Origin: a virus
DNA: 64,000 nucleotides
Strand: one strand, 5' to 3'
Virus genome (UHGV): UHGV-0312702
In this document: in pieces, positions 1 through 9,652 of the stretch
Layout: the number at the start of each line of letters is the position of its first letter
Numbering within the stretch: position 1 is the first letter of the stretch
The notes under the pieces: generated by a model
What the model saw: the letters and a program-made list of their open reading frames with translations, nothing else
Database searches by the model: none
What the model was told of the DNA's origin: nothing
Position numbers and translations under genes: made by a program

Positions 1-7
1 TTAGAGA

Positions 8-862
8 TTAGTCTTCTGTATCGAAGTCTTCATCTTCTTCGTCATCTGGGTCTGGCAAGTCTTCATCATCGCCATCAGAATCATTCGAAGGTTTGTGGTC
101 TGTTGCATCTTCTTCAGTGATTTCACCGTTATCTTCAACACCATCAAGACCAAGCATAGCCAGTTCATCTTCATCCAGTTCAGGTTCGCCATTAGCACCG
201 TTACCACCAGTGTAAGGTACAAGAGTGTCAATGATGAACTGTTCCTGAATAGGTTTTGTCAGAACGTTATTCTCAAAAGTGTAGAAGTGAGTAGAAAGAA
301 TCACACTACCAAAAGAACCGTTACCGACTGCAATATCTGGATGAATTACATCATAGTTCTTATCATCTTCATGTTTGTCAGATGCTTGAGCTTTGATTTT
401 CTTCATCGGCTGTTTAACAGCTACACGCTTACCATTTACTTCTTCAATCAGCATTACAGGGAATGACTGTTTAGCTGTCCACACAGCACCATCTTTATAA
501 GCTGCTGCACGACTTACTTTCAAGATGTAGTAAGTATCTGCTTCAAATGGTGGTTTGCAACCAAACTTCTCTTCGAAGTCATCTGCATCAACTGCTTCAG
601 TAGTAACTTTATCCCAACCTTCTGGGTTTTTCTTAGACTTAGTAAACTCTTTAAACAGCTTGTTACCATCTTCTGCCAGAATTGAAACGCTGTAGTTACA
701 ATCTTTGCCTGGGAATTTCTTATCAATGGATTTACCTTTTCCCGGACGTGGTGAAGTGTTCAGGTAATAAAACCAGACATCTTTCAGAAGGTAACGCAGA
801 GTTTGACGTTCAGTGCCATTGTACTTCTCTACCGGAGCTTTCATTTTAACAACTTTAGACAT
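8..862 (-). CDS. hypothetical protein, possible ssDNA-binding protein
   Basis: 284 aa ORF; strongly acidic C-terminal tail (DDEDLPDPDDEEDEDFDTED) as in SSB-type proteins; sits in replication module. Confidence 0.35.
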   Translation of the reverse strand: MSKVVKMKAPVEKYNGTERQTLRYLLKDVWFYYLNTSPRPGKGKSIDKKFPGKDCNYSVSILAEDGNKLFKEFTKSKKNPEGWDKVTTEAVDADDFEEKFGCKPPFEADTYYILKVSRAAAYKDGAVWTAKQSFPVMLIEEVNGKRVAVKQPMKKIKAQASDKHEDDKNYDVIHPDIAVGNGSFGSVILSTHFYTFENNVLTKPIQEQFIIDTLVPYTGGNGANGEPELDEDELAMLGLDGVEDNGEITEEDATDHKPSNDSDGDDEDLPDPDDEEDEDFDTED

Positions 863-934
863 TATTTAAACCTCTATCTCAATTTATGAAGAGTACCAAT
901 TCTAATTTGTTGATACTCTATTGTCAAACATTAA

Positions 935-1084
935 TTACTGGAAGTTGTGCTTATCTTTAGAAGCTGCTTTACGTGCAGTTTTTCCAGTTCTTACACGCTT
1001 CTCTTCATAGTATTTCGCTGGTTTTCCAGCAGTGGCTTTTAAGGAATCCCCAAAAACTTTTTCAAATGCTTTAGAGTGTTTCAT
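935..1084 (-). CDS. small lysine-rich hypothetical protein (49 aa)
   Basis: ORF below track cutoff; ATG overlaps stop of upstream gene (ATGA); basic composition. Confidence 0.3.
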   Translation of the reverse strand: MKHSKAFEKVFGDSLKATAGKPAKYYEEKRVRTGKTARKAASKDKHNFQ

Positions 1085-1374
1085 GATATTCTCCGATATA
1101 CTTGATATTCAAACACATTTTCTTTTATTACAAACAGCCAACCAATATTATGTTTAGGTATAGTAATAGTGACTGTGATTATGCTGTGATGGGACTTTTC
1201 TTCTACCTCAACACCTCCATCACATTTCATGTAGAGCATTCTATAGAACCTATCAACCTTTGTCAAACACTCTGCCTGAAATTCATTTAAACTTTTTTCT
1301 TCAAAGAAGGGTATGAACCCCTCTCTTTTGTAACTATCACTCAGTTTCGAACGGGCAGTCATCTGCATCCTCAC
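1081..1374 (-). CDS. hypothetical protein
   Basis: 97 aa ORF, start overlaps 3' end of primase-helicase gene. Confidence 0.35.
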   Translation of the reverse strand: MRMQMTARSKLSDSYKREGFIPFFEEKSLNEFQAECLTKVDRFYRMLYMKCDGGVEVEEKSHHSIITVTITIPKHNIGWLFVIKENVFEYQVYRRIS

Positions 1375-3328
1375 TTAATACGGGTGGAATCGTTGAGCTT
1401 TGACGCTGCTCTTCAGTATAGACCTCACCAGTCTCACGGTCAAACACTTCATCCTCATAATGTGGCAAAGAGTCATCGTAATGGTCTTCGGCTTCACCAA
1501 TACCAAACTGTTGACGGATATTTTCTGCTGCACCATCAATGTCAACTCCACAACCAGATGCTTTAATGAGACGTCCTGTATCTGGATTGTACCAAGTGTG
1601 ACCAGCAATACCAGTTGACTTACCGTGGCGGCGACATTTAGTTAACTTGATTTTTGTCAAGTTTTTCTTAACAGGGTCTGGGTCAACTTTGTTACGCATT
1701 AACAGGATGTTGTTCATAGAAATCTGGAAGTATGCACCAGAACCCTTAATATCCTCTTCAGAGATGTCTCCACCTTCAGAGTTAGCTTTCTGACCACCTG
1801 CACTCTTACGAACGTGGCAGACGTTCACCTGTGCATACTGGTAGCGTTTACAACGACGCAATAGCTCAGACAAAACTTCCTCTTCATCCGTATCAGAGCG
1901 TGACAGAGCTAACGTAATAGGGTCAAGAATGATAATCTTACAATCTAAGCTGTTAACAAGATAGTCAACAAACTCCAGTAGGTTATCTTGGTCAATTGCC
2001 CCTTGATGGTCAACGATATGGATACGACGACCTTTAGACAGTTCTGCGTGTGCTCCTTTCAATTCGTCCCAATCACGTTCATCATAAGGAATCTCTGAAA
2101 TCTGTTTACTCAGATGGATTGCACAGAGCATTTCCATAAGTTCTTCGTAAGTGTCTTCTACAGGAATTACACCGATATTGTAGTCAGTCTCTTTCCAAGC
2201 TGAATAAATCATCTCACGAGTGTAAGCTGACTTGCCTACTGAAGATGGTGCTGCAATAGTTGTAATCTCACCTAAACCATAACCACCATAAGTTAGTCTG
2301 TTCAAATCTCCGAAAGATTCTGGGAAAGGAATCAATGGAATCTGACCACGATTCTTCATTGCCTCAAAACCATCTGCGAAGTTCTTGATACCAGCAGGGC
2401 AGTAACGAGGTGCATTGTAGATACGCTGCTTGAATCCTTCCAGAACTGTATCTTTCTCTTTATAGAACTTTGTCCACCATTCGTTAAGGTCTTTTACACC
2501 CTCTGGGTACTGGAATAAACGAACCTTTTCAATAGGTAGGATACCAGCAGCCTCTTTGGTAGCTTTAGCACCTGCTTCATCATTATCAAAGCACAAGTAA
2601 ATCTCATCAAATGATGTGATGTACTGATAGTTATCTTTGATAGACTTGATGTTTGCACCTGATGGAACAGATACGTGACAGTAATTCTTACGACGAGACT
2701 TATCTTTAATTGCTAAAGAAGTCATGTAGATTGCTGTAGCACATTCCATCTCACCTTCCCAGATGAACAGGCGGTTGCCACCTTCTGGAGCAATCCATGA
2801 ACCGAACATTGCCAGTTCACCTTTAATGTCTCCAACACCACCTGAAAAGTCTTTTAACTTCCCACGTAGGTGCTCTTTTGGATGGTCTTCTGGGTAACGG
2901 TGACGAACACGATAACCAACATGCTCTAACTTACCATCTTCATTACGTTTGTAAGTTGGGTAGAAATGTGCGTCAATTTCACCGTCACTGTCAATGTCAA
3001 CCTTGATACCTAAACGCTCAAGAACTTTTGCAGGAATCTTCCTGTCTTTCAAGTCCATTGCTTCTAGGTTTTCTTTTACATCATCTAAATCCATTCCACG
3101 GAAGGTACGGTTTTTATTGTCTGAACTAGTAGAATAAGTGCTCACGATTTGTCCTTTATCAAAATCCCACTCTGGGAAACCTTTATTACAGCTAAAGCAA
3201 GTCATCGAATAAGAATCATCATCATGATGGTAGATTGAACCAGCATCTGATGAACCACAACGTGGACATGCACAATGACCAACAAACTGACCAGCCTCTT
3301 TCAATTTACGACCTTTAGACATTAGCAC
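1337..3328 (-). CDS. DNA primase/helicase (zinc finger + Toprim-like + DnaB-like helicase)
   Basis: N-terminal Cys4 zinc finger (CACPRCG...CFSCNKG); acidic DNDEAG motif; Walker A GLGEITTIAAPSSVGKS; Walker B-like IIILDP. Confidence 0.8.
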   Translation of the reverse strand: MLMSKGRKLKEAGQFVGHCACPRCGSSDAGSIYHHDDDSYSMTCFSCNKGFPEWDFDKGQIVSTYSTSSDNKNRTFRGMDLDDVKENLEAMDLKDRKIPAKVLERLGIKVDIDSDGEIDAHFYPTYKRNEDGKLEHVGYRVRHRYPEDHPKEHLRGKLKDFSGGVGDIKGELAMFGSWIAPEGGNRLFIWEGEMECATAIYMTSLAIKDKSRRKNYCHVSVPSGANIKSIKDNYQYITSFDEIYLCFDNDEAGAKATKEAAGILPIEKVRLFQYPEGVKDLNEWWTKFYKEKDTVLEGFKQRIYNAPRYCPAGIKNFADGFEAMKNRGQIPLIPFPESFGDLNRLTYGGYGLGEITTIAAPSSVGKSAYTREMIYSAWKETDYNIGVIPVEDTYEELMEMLCAIHLSKQISEIPYDERDWDELKGAHAELSKGRRIHIVDHQGAIDQDNLLEFVDYLVNSLDCKIIILDPITLALSRSDTDEEEVLSELLRRCKRYQYAQVNVCHVRKSAGGQKANSEGGDISEEDIKGSGAYFQISMNNILLMRNKVDPDPVKKNLTKIKLTKCRRHGKSTGIAGHTWYNPDTGRLIKASGCGVDIDGAAENIRQQFGIGEAEDHYDDSLPHYEDEVFDRETGEVYTEEQRQSSTIPPVLSEDADDCPFETE

Positions 3329-3515
3329 CTCTTCGTTGTAGTTCTGCCTTCAATCCATTTTCAATCTTGTCCAGTTCATGAATCTCATCTGCAATCTCTT
3401 TCCTTCGTGATTCAACTCTCTTAAGACGTTCAATCATTACCTCATTGGAAAGAGATGAGAGTTCCACTAAACGATGGTCAATAACTTTGAAATTATCTTT
3501 TACTCTCATCTTCAT
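3315..3515 (-). CDS. hypothetical protein
   Basis: 66 aa ORF, charged/coiled-coil-like. Confidence 0.35.
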   Translation of the reverse strand: MKMRVKDNFKVIDHRLVELSSLSNEVMIERLKRVESRRKEIADEIHELDKIENGLKAELQRRGANV

Positions 3516-3523
3516 TCTCTCTT

Positions 3524-4267
3524 TTAAATTTTCAGGATAGCTCTTAACTTACTCTCAAGGTCTGCAAGAGTACCATTATTATGGATAATGTCACGCGCAT
3601 ATTTGGTAGAAATCCCATTTTCTGACACATGTGATGAAACCTTATCCACATTGTCTCTTTTTACTTCAATCATTTGGTGCGCAAATCTGCTCAGCCACTC
3701 AGCTTCAGAGTCAAACCTCAAGTCACTGATTAAAACAACACCTTCTTGATTTCTAAGTGAGCAAAGGTCAAAGAAATTCACCATTCGTTTTTCTAGGTCT
3801 TTAGCCCAGAACTTGTCACCCATAACTTTACGGATAACTTCAGTTCCCCAAATCTGTTGGATTTGTCTTGATGAGAATTTATACTTTTTACTAAATCCCA
3901 GACGAGTTAATAGAGTCGGTTTAGCAACCTTCTTCAGTTCCATGATTAATCGTCCGGTTAATTCTGACATAAGCTTGAAGTCAGTATGGTAACGTTCACC
4001 TCTGAAGGTAAACTCCATAGCTTCTGTAACTTTGAACAGAAGTTCAGAATATGATAAATCAAAAACCTGTGGAGTCTCTTTAGTTTCCCCATATAGGTCA
4101 TTCCAAGTCAGGTCAAATATCTTTGATGCAGAGAGTTTAAGATTGTCTGCATAGGCCATTACTGCAACATTGTAGCCATATTCATCTTCTAAGATGTTCT
4201 TCACAATAGAACATGAGGTATCTTTTCCAGAACGTGCCTTTCCAGTAAATGCAATAATATTACTCAT
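3524..4267 (-). CDS. P-loop kinase, possibly deoxynucleoside monophosphate kinase
   Basis: N-terminal P-loop FTGKARSGKDT typical of phage dNMP kinases. Confidence 0.5.
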   Translation of the reverse strand: MSNIIAFTGKARSGKDTSCSIVKNILEDEYGYNVAVMAYADNLKLSASKIFDLTWNDLYGETKETPQVFDLSYSELLFKVTEAMEFTFRGERYHTDFKLMSELTGRLIMELKKVAKPTLLTRLGFSKKYKFSSRQIQQIWGTEVIRKVMGDKFWAKDLEKRMVNFFDLCSLRNQEGVVLISDLRFDSEAEWLSRFAHQMIEVKRDNVDKVSSHVSENGISTKYARDIIHNNGTLADLESKLRAILKI

Positions 4268-4328
4268 TCTGTCTCCCTTAATTACTAAAAAGCCCCCAAC
4301 TAAGGAGGCTTGTAAGATTTATAAAAAC

Positions 4329-5141
4329 TCAGTGCAGTTGTTCAGTGGTAATCTGTGAGTGTTCTTTTTCAGCCATAGCTGTGATTTGCTTCACAAAATC
4401 GTCACCAAAGTTAATGCGCAGTTTCTCTTCAATGATTGAAGCTCCAATGCTAACCAAAACATCATTGATTGCTTGCATACTGACACCACCAGTCATACTC
4501 TCAATGAACTCGATGCTTGTACCCATCATCTGTGAAAGCTGGATTAGTGCAACGATATTCATCATCGTAGATATAGCTGGAATCATCAATGCAACTTTCA
4601 CCTGAAGTGGCTCTATATCAGCTACAGAGTCATTTTCAACAGCTTCTTCCAAAGAATCTTTAGTTTGCTGGATAATCTCTTTGATTCGTGGGCTTAGCTC
4701 TTCTACACCCCAATCAAGTTTTTCATATCGTGAAAGTTTCTCTTCCATGCGCTTCTCAAGAGCAGCCATAACAGCACTCGTTGATGAAATTAACAGGTCA
4801 ATTAGTTCATCATTACCTGCGAGTAGTAGCAAGTCTTTTTCTTCAGAGGTCATGGCAATATAGTCATTTTTCTGCATCTCCTTAAAGATGAACTCTGCAA
4901 GAGCATCAACACCTACAACGATAGATGCCAAAGCGAGCGTTTTGTCACACAGCATCATATTGACCTGTTCTGCAAAAGCACCGTTATCAGACTTATCTTC
5001 AGGCAAGTTGTAGCTTGCAGGCATAAACTGTTCTGTGTAGTTATTTCCACGAAGAATCATAGCCATGCTTTCTACTGCATTGATTAAGAATGCTTCATCA
5101 ACACCTTTCTCTTCAAGCATCTGTTCCACATTGATATTCAT
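4329..5141 (-). CDS. hypothetical protein
   Basis: 270 aa ORF in compact operon. Confidence 0.5.
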   Translation of the reverse strand: MNINVEQMLEEKGVDEAFLINAVESMAMILRGNNYTEQFMPASYNLPEDKSDNGAFAEQVNMMLCDKTLALASIVVGVDALAEFIFKEMQKNDYIAMTSEEKDLLLLAGNDELIDLLISSTSAVMAALEKRMEEKLSRYEKLDWGVEELSPRIKEIIQQTKDSLEEAVENDSVADIEPLQVKVALMIPAISTMMNIVALIQLSQMMGTSIEFIESMTGGVSMQAINDVLVSIGASIIEEKLRINFGDDFVKQITAMAEKEHSQITTEQLH

Positions 5142-5142
5142 A

Positions 5143-5565
5143 TTATTTCTCTCTCAGTTGGTTAAGTTTCTTTCTAGAACATTTTAAGTTTTCGGATGAA
5201 GAAAAGTCAAGTGTCTTTTCAGAACGTGGATAGTAATGTCTATCCCAAGAAGTTTCAACATCATTAATCAGTGACGCTAGATTACACAGGTCTGTACCAC
5301 TTTGCAACCTCTTTTTAAGAGAATCTAGTAAAGCAACTGTGTCTTTAGCTTTACGTCTAGCTGTAGCAACATCTTTCATATGCTCAAATACAGAGCATTT
5401 TAAGTCATCTTCGTAGTCTTCAGACAACTCTATTTCATGTTGTATATCAACCATTCTCCTGTGATGGTGAGCATATTCCCGTTGAGCAGCAATGTCAAGT
5501 TCTTCCAACTTCTGCAAAGCCCTAACAAAGTCAGCTATGTCTGGGTGAACAAACATTTTCTGCAT
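5143..5565 (-). CDS. hypothetical protein
   Basis: 140 aa ORF, first gene of the leftward operon. Confidence 0.5.
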   Translation of the reverse strand: MQKMFVHPDIADFVRALQKLEELDIAAQREYAHHHRRMVDIQHEIELSEDYEDDLKCSVFEHMKDVATARRKAKDTVALLDSLKKRLQSGTDLCNLASLINDVETSWDRHYYPRSEKTLDFSSSENLKCSRKKLNQLREK

Positions 5566-5743
5566 GTAAGCCTCTTTTAAGTAACTATTAAGTTTTAATC
5601 TTTTATCTTAACGTATTCTATACGTTATACTTTAAAGCTTTTTAAAAGCTATTAAATAATCTTTTAAGAGTTTTAAAGTATCTGTATAGTTAAACTGTTA
5701 AGTAACCTTTTAAGTAAAAACCCACTTCGCAAAGATTAACACC

Positions 5744-5795
5744 TTGTCAAGTACATTGTCAACTTGCTTTTTATAATTTTTTGCAGTAATGTATG
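5744..5795 (+). promoter_or_regulatory. putative promoter region upstream of DNA polymerase gene
   Basis: TTGTCA repeats and TATAAT/TAATGT hexamers in divergent intergenic region; exact -35/-10 spacing ambiguous. Confidence 0.3.
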
Positions 5796-5822
5796 GGGTT
5801 AATGATTTTAGAGGGAGTAAAA

Positions 5823-8522
5823 ATGGAAAACGTAGATTTTAAAAACTTACATTTAGTTGGTGATACAGAAACTGATGGTTTACTCCTTGAGTTCACTAAA
5901 GTGCACGTAATGGCTTTCGCAGACTATAAATCTGACGATGAAGAGCCACCTGTATGGGTCTTTACAGATGAGCCTATCCTCGGTCACAAATACACCAAGT
6001 ACATCAAGGGTGGGTTACGCGAAGGTGTTGAATTTGCGTTAAAGGCAAAACGTCTTTGCATCCATAATGGTCTCGGTTATGACTGGTGGGTTTTCAATCA
6101 CATTGCACCTGATTTATGGAACTTTGATAATCCAAAATGTAAGCCGTGGAGTAATTTCTTTCAGGATTCTCTTATCCAGTCTCGTGTTCAGTGGATGGAT
6201 AGGCCAACTCCAAAAGGCTATAAAGGTGCTCATGGCTTGGCAGCATGGGGTGCTCGTGTTGGTGTCCGTAAACCAGAGATTGAACATTGGGGTGTGTGGA
6301 ATGCAGAAATCTTCACTCGTGTTGTGGAAGATATCCGTATTAACGCCAAAACTAAACGTGCACTGGATAATGAATATCTCAAGCTAAAGAAGTGTGGCAT
6401 AGACACTTATGAAACCTACATGCGAGCTAAAGAAACATCTTTCTGGATGAGTCAACAGGCTATCAATGGTTGGAAGGCTGATAAAGAGCTTATGGAGTTC
6501 CATGTAAAGGAACTTGACAAGTTGACTAATGAGCTTGCTTCAGAAGTTGAACCACATCTTCCTCCAACTATTAAGACAAAAGGTAAAGTCACTGGAGAAG
6601 AGTTTGCAAAAGCTTGGAATGAGTATGTTGAATCGTTCGGTCATGCAGATGGACTGAAGAGAATTACCAAGTACCCTAAGACGAAGTACCGTCAGCAGGT
6701 ACGTAACGGTGAGATGCAGACATATGAAATCAAGCCATTTGGTAAGCCAACTACAAAGATTTTTAACATTGAAAAGAGAAATTGCTATACACCAACCAAC
6801 TCTGTAACTGGTGAAGAGTACAAGGAAGGTTTTGTAGCAATGAAGGATGCTCGTGCAATTTGCAACGAGTTGAATGCAAAGATTGGTAAGAAATGCAAAG
6901 ACTGGAAGCCAGTAAAAACTGTTAAAACTGTGAAGTACTATAACAGTCATGTTGTTAACCACTTTGAACTTGAGTCAAGTCGCTATACAGGTTTGATTGA
7001 TGCACCATATACACCAATTGAGTTTGAAGTTTCTCGTATGACTCAGGTAGCAGTTGTTAAAGACTACTTGAAATCAGTTGGTTGGATTCCAGATGACTGG
7101 AACTACAAGAAAGATTCAGATGGTCGCCCTGTCAAAGTTTGTCGTTTCAAAGACAACAAAAAGATGATTACAAAGCATCCTAAGTGGCAGGAGATGGTTG
7201 AACGGTGTGGCTTGAGTTATGTTGAACATGAAGGTGTCCAGTACATTGAGCATAACTGGTCTGTGAAGAAGTACACAGATTTGCTTGAGCCTTGTCTGAT
7301 TAGGACTTCACCAAAACTTACTGAATCATCTTATGATACGATTGAAGGTGAGCTTGGACAGAAGATTGCTAAGTACTATACTTTGATGCACCGACGCAGA
7401 ACTATTGAGAACTCAAAGGATGATGAAAAAGGTTGGTTGAACCAGATTCGTCCTGATGGTCGCCTTAGTGCTGGTGCAATGGTATTTGGTACTTCAACTG
7501 GACGTATGACACAATATGGTATTGTAAACGTACCGTCTGGTGCTGCTGTCTATGGGGAACCAATGAGGGCAGTGTGGATTTGTGAAGAAGGTACTAACGT
7601 TGTCTCTGTAGACATGAACTCAGCCCAGCTAGTTCTTCTTTGTAACTTTATGGGTGACAAAGACTTCACCAAAGCGGTAACGCAAGGTAAAGAAGAAATT
7701 GAGTTCATTCGTCAAGAAGATGGACGCTATTACTGTAAACACTTTGATGAGTACCTCAACCCAGAGATTGATAAGTACCTTCGCTATGACTCTGAGAATG
7801 ACCTGTACGTTGTCTATTCAGGGACTGATGCGCATACACTGAACAGTATTTACTTTAACTTGAACGATGAGCAGGATATCTTGACTTGCCGAGCTACTCA
7901 GGATGAGAATCTTCTTCATGAGATTAGTAAGGGTCGTAAGAAAGCTAAGAATGGTATCTATGCACTACTGTTCGGTGCAGGTGATGAGAAGTTTGCTAAG
8001 ACTATTAAAGCTGCAACCACTCAGGAAGGTGCACTGACTAAACAGACTTACTTTATTCGTTTGCCTAAAATTAAGAAGTTGCTGGATGATTTGGAAGCTG
8101 ACTACAAAGCAACTAAAAAGGCACTTGAAGAGGTGTTTGGTAAGACCGCTGCAATTTCTAAAGGGGGATTTGTAAAGGTTGCTGGAGCTTGGTTGTGGTG
8201 TAAATCTCCACACAAACTGTTGAACTATCTTTTGATGGGTTCAGAGGCTCAGATTCAAAATGAGGCAATCAACCTCGCTTGTCGTCGTATGATTGATGAA
8301 GGTTTGATGAAGTTGAATGGTCGTCAACCAGCTATTGGTGCTCGTTTACTCTGTGCATACCACGATGAAACAAGTTGGGAATGTCCAGAAAGTATGACGG
8401 CAGAGGTGAAAGCAGTTACTGACTGGTATTATGGACAAGCTTCTAAGAACTTAGGTCTTAAGAAAGAAACACTTGTCACAGGTACTGGTAAGGTTGGTAA
8501 AAGCTGGCTTGAAGTACACTAA
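5823..8522 (+). CDS. DNA polymerase, family A, with 3'-5' exonuclease domain
   Basis: Exo motif GDTETDGL; pol motif B-like KKAKNGIYALLFGAG; motif C YHDE; start set at ATG 5823 behind RBS GAGGGAG (track start 5793 lacks RBS). Confidence 0.85.
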   Translation: MENVDFKNLHLVGDTETDGLLLEFTKVHVMAFADYKSDDEEPPVWVFTDEPILGHKYTKYIKGGLREGVEFALKAKRLCIHNGLGYDWWVFNHIAPDLWNFDNPKCKPWSNFFQDSLIQSRVQWMDRPTPKGYKGAHGLAAWGARVGVRKPEIEHWGVWNAEIFTRVVEDIRINAKTKRALDNEYLKLKKCGIDTYETYMRAKETSFWMSQQAINGWKADKELMEFHVKELDKLTNELASEVEPHLPPTIKTKGKVTGEEFAKAWNEYVESFGHADGLKRITKYPKTKYRQQVRNGEMQTYEIKPFGKPTTKIFNIEKRNCYTPTNSVTGEEYKEGFVAMKDARAICNELNAKIGKKCKDWKPVKTVKTVKYYNSHVVNHFELESSRYTGLIDAPYTPIEFEVSRMTQVAVVKDYLKSVGWIPDDWNYKKDSDGRPVKVCRFKDNKKMITKHPKWQEMVERCGLSYVEHEGVQYIEHNWSVKKYTDLLEPCLIRTSPKLTESSYDTIEGELGQKIAKYYTLMHRRRTIENSKDDEKGWLNQIRPDGRLSAGAMVFGTSTGRMTQYGIVNVPSGAAVYGEPMRAVWICEEGTNVVSVDMNSAQLVLLCNFMGDKDFTKAVTQGKEEIEFIRQEDGRYYCKHFDEYLNPEIDKYLRYDSENDLYVVYSGTDAHTLNSIYFNLNDEQDILTCRATQDENLLHEISKGRKKAKNGIYALLFGAGDEKFAKTIKAATTQEGALTKQTYFIRLPKIKKLLDDLEADYKATKKALEEVFGKTAAISKGGFVKVAGAWLWCKSPHKLLNYLLMGSEAQIQNEAINLACRRMIDEGLMKLNGRQPAIGARLLCAYHDETSWECPESMTAEVKAVTDWYYGQASKNLGLKKETLVTGTGKVGKSWLEVH

Positions 8523-8583
8523 TTAGTATTGACAAGGTGCTCATGGAAGAGTACCTTATACAATATCTTATATAGGAGGTCAC

Positions 8584-8796
8584 ATGACACTTTCAGACGT
8601 TATTCAGCAACTTCATGACAACTGCTATACTCCAGAGTTGATTCAGGAGATGTCTATTGTGGTAATGCCTTGTAAGTTCGTAAAAGCTTTTAATGGCGAA
8701 TCTTTAAGGTCTGCACATATCCTTATTGTTGACGGCAAGATTGCAAGAGACCGTACAGGAGTCCTTAAGGGTGAACGTATTAGCATTGACATCTGA
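8584..8796 (+). CDS. hypothetical protein
   Basis: 70 aa ORF preceded by AGGAGG. Confidence 0.4.
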   Translation: MTLSDVIQQLHDNCYTPELIQEMSIVVMPCKFVKAFNGESLRSAHILIVDGKIARDRTGVLKGERISIDI

Positions 8797-8813
8797 TTAT
8801 TGGAGATACCAAA

Positions 8814-8969
8814 ATGAAACGCAAAGTAAAATTCTTTAGTTTATATGGAAGAGTCGGTAAAGGTTTTGATTGGCAACTTCTACGTTCAGATGTTAAAAGC
8901 AACGAGTTAGCACAGCTTATTATACATTATCGACGAACGTACAGAGAAGTAGAACATCGTGAACAGTAA
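8814..8969 (+). CDS. small hypothetical protein (51 aa)
   Basis: ORF below track cutoff with RBS GGAGA 7 nt upstream. Confidence 0.3.
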   Translation: MKRKVKFFSLYGRVGKGFDWQLLRSDVKSNELAQLIIHYRRTYREVEHREQ

Positions 8970-8983
8970 ATAGGAGAAGTATT

Positions 8984-9220
8984 ATGTGGAAAGCAGTAAT
9001 TGTGCTTGGTGTTATCTTTCTATCTGGCTGTAATCCCTCTTACGAGGACAAAAATGCTTCTTATAGTCTCCCACCAGAGATGCAAGATTGCAAAGTCTAT
9101 AAGTTAAATGGGGATGCAATAAGCAGAGATATTGTTGTTGTCAGATGTCCAAACTCTCAAACAACAACATCTTATAGCTATGGCAAAAATGGTCAATCAC
9201 ACACTACTGTTATTGAGTGA
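8984..9220 (+). CDS. small lipoprotein
   Basis: signal peptide with lipobox (VIFLSG-C) then short mature domain. Confidence 0.5.
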   Translation: MWKAVIVLGVIFLSGCNPSYEDKNASYSLPPEMQDCKVYKLNGDAISRDIVVVRCPNSQTTTSYSYGKNGQSHTTVIE

Positions 9221-9230
9221 GGTTTTCAAG

Positions 9231-9437
9231 ATGGAAGTCCTAGTAAACTATATCTACTGTTATGATGTTGTTCACTCCACCACAACCGTAGCTCAACGTA
9301 ACCCAATCGTCCCACGAGAAGGTGAGTTGGTTCGCATTGAGGGTTGGACTTACACTGTGGAAAGCATCATTCATAAGTTTGATGTTGCTGGCGATGTTCA
9401 AGTTATTGACGTAGAGATTGGTGGTAAGAGAAAATGA
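9231..9437 (+). CDS. hypothetical protein
   Basis: in-frame ATG with RBS; track ORF 9132 start would overlap upstream gene. Confidence 0.4.
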   Translation: MEVLVNYIYCYDVVHSTTTVAQRNPIVPREGELVRIEGWTYTVESIIHKFDVAGDVQVIDVEIGGKRK

Positions 9438-9652
9438 ATGTAGAAGATAAATTAAAGAACGCAGTTCTTACAGAAGATGGTGCGCTTGAAACATTCATTC
9501 TTCGTGTTGATGGTAAGTTATTCCGGTGTCGTTGTGGGTCAAACTGTTTCCATAAACCAGATAAAAACGACTTAGAGCTTTACGCATGTAATGCTTGCGA
9601 CACTTGGTATCACTCAGAGGTTAAAAATGACAATTCTATACAAACAAAATAA
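9434..9652 (+). CDS. zinc-ribbon protein
   Basis: CRCGSNC...CNACD Cys4 pattern. Confidence 0.4.
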   Translation: MNVEDKLKNAVLTEDGALETFILRVDGKLFRCRCGSNCFHKPDKNDLELYACNACDTWYHSEVKNDNSIQTK

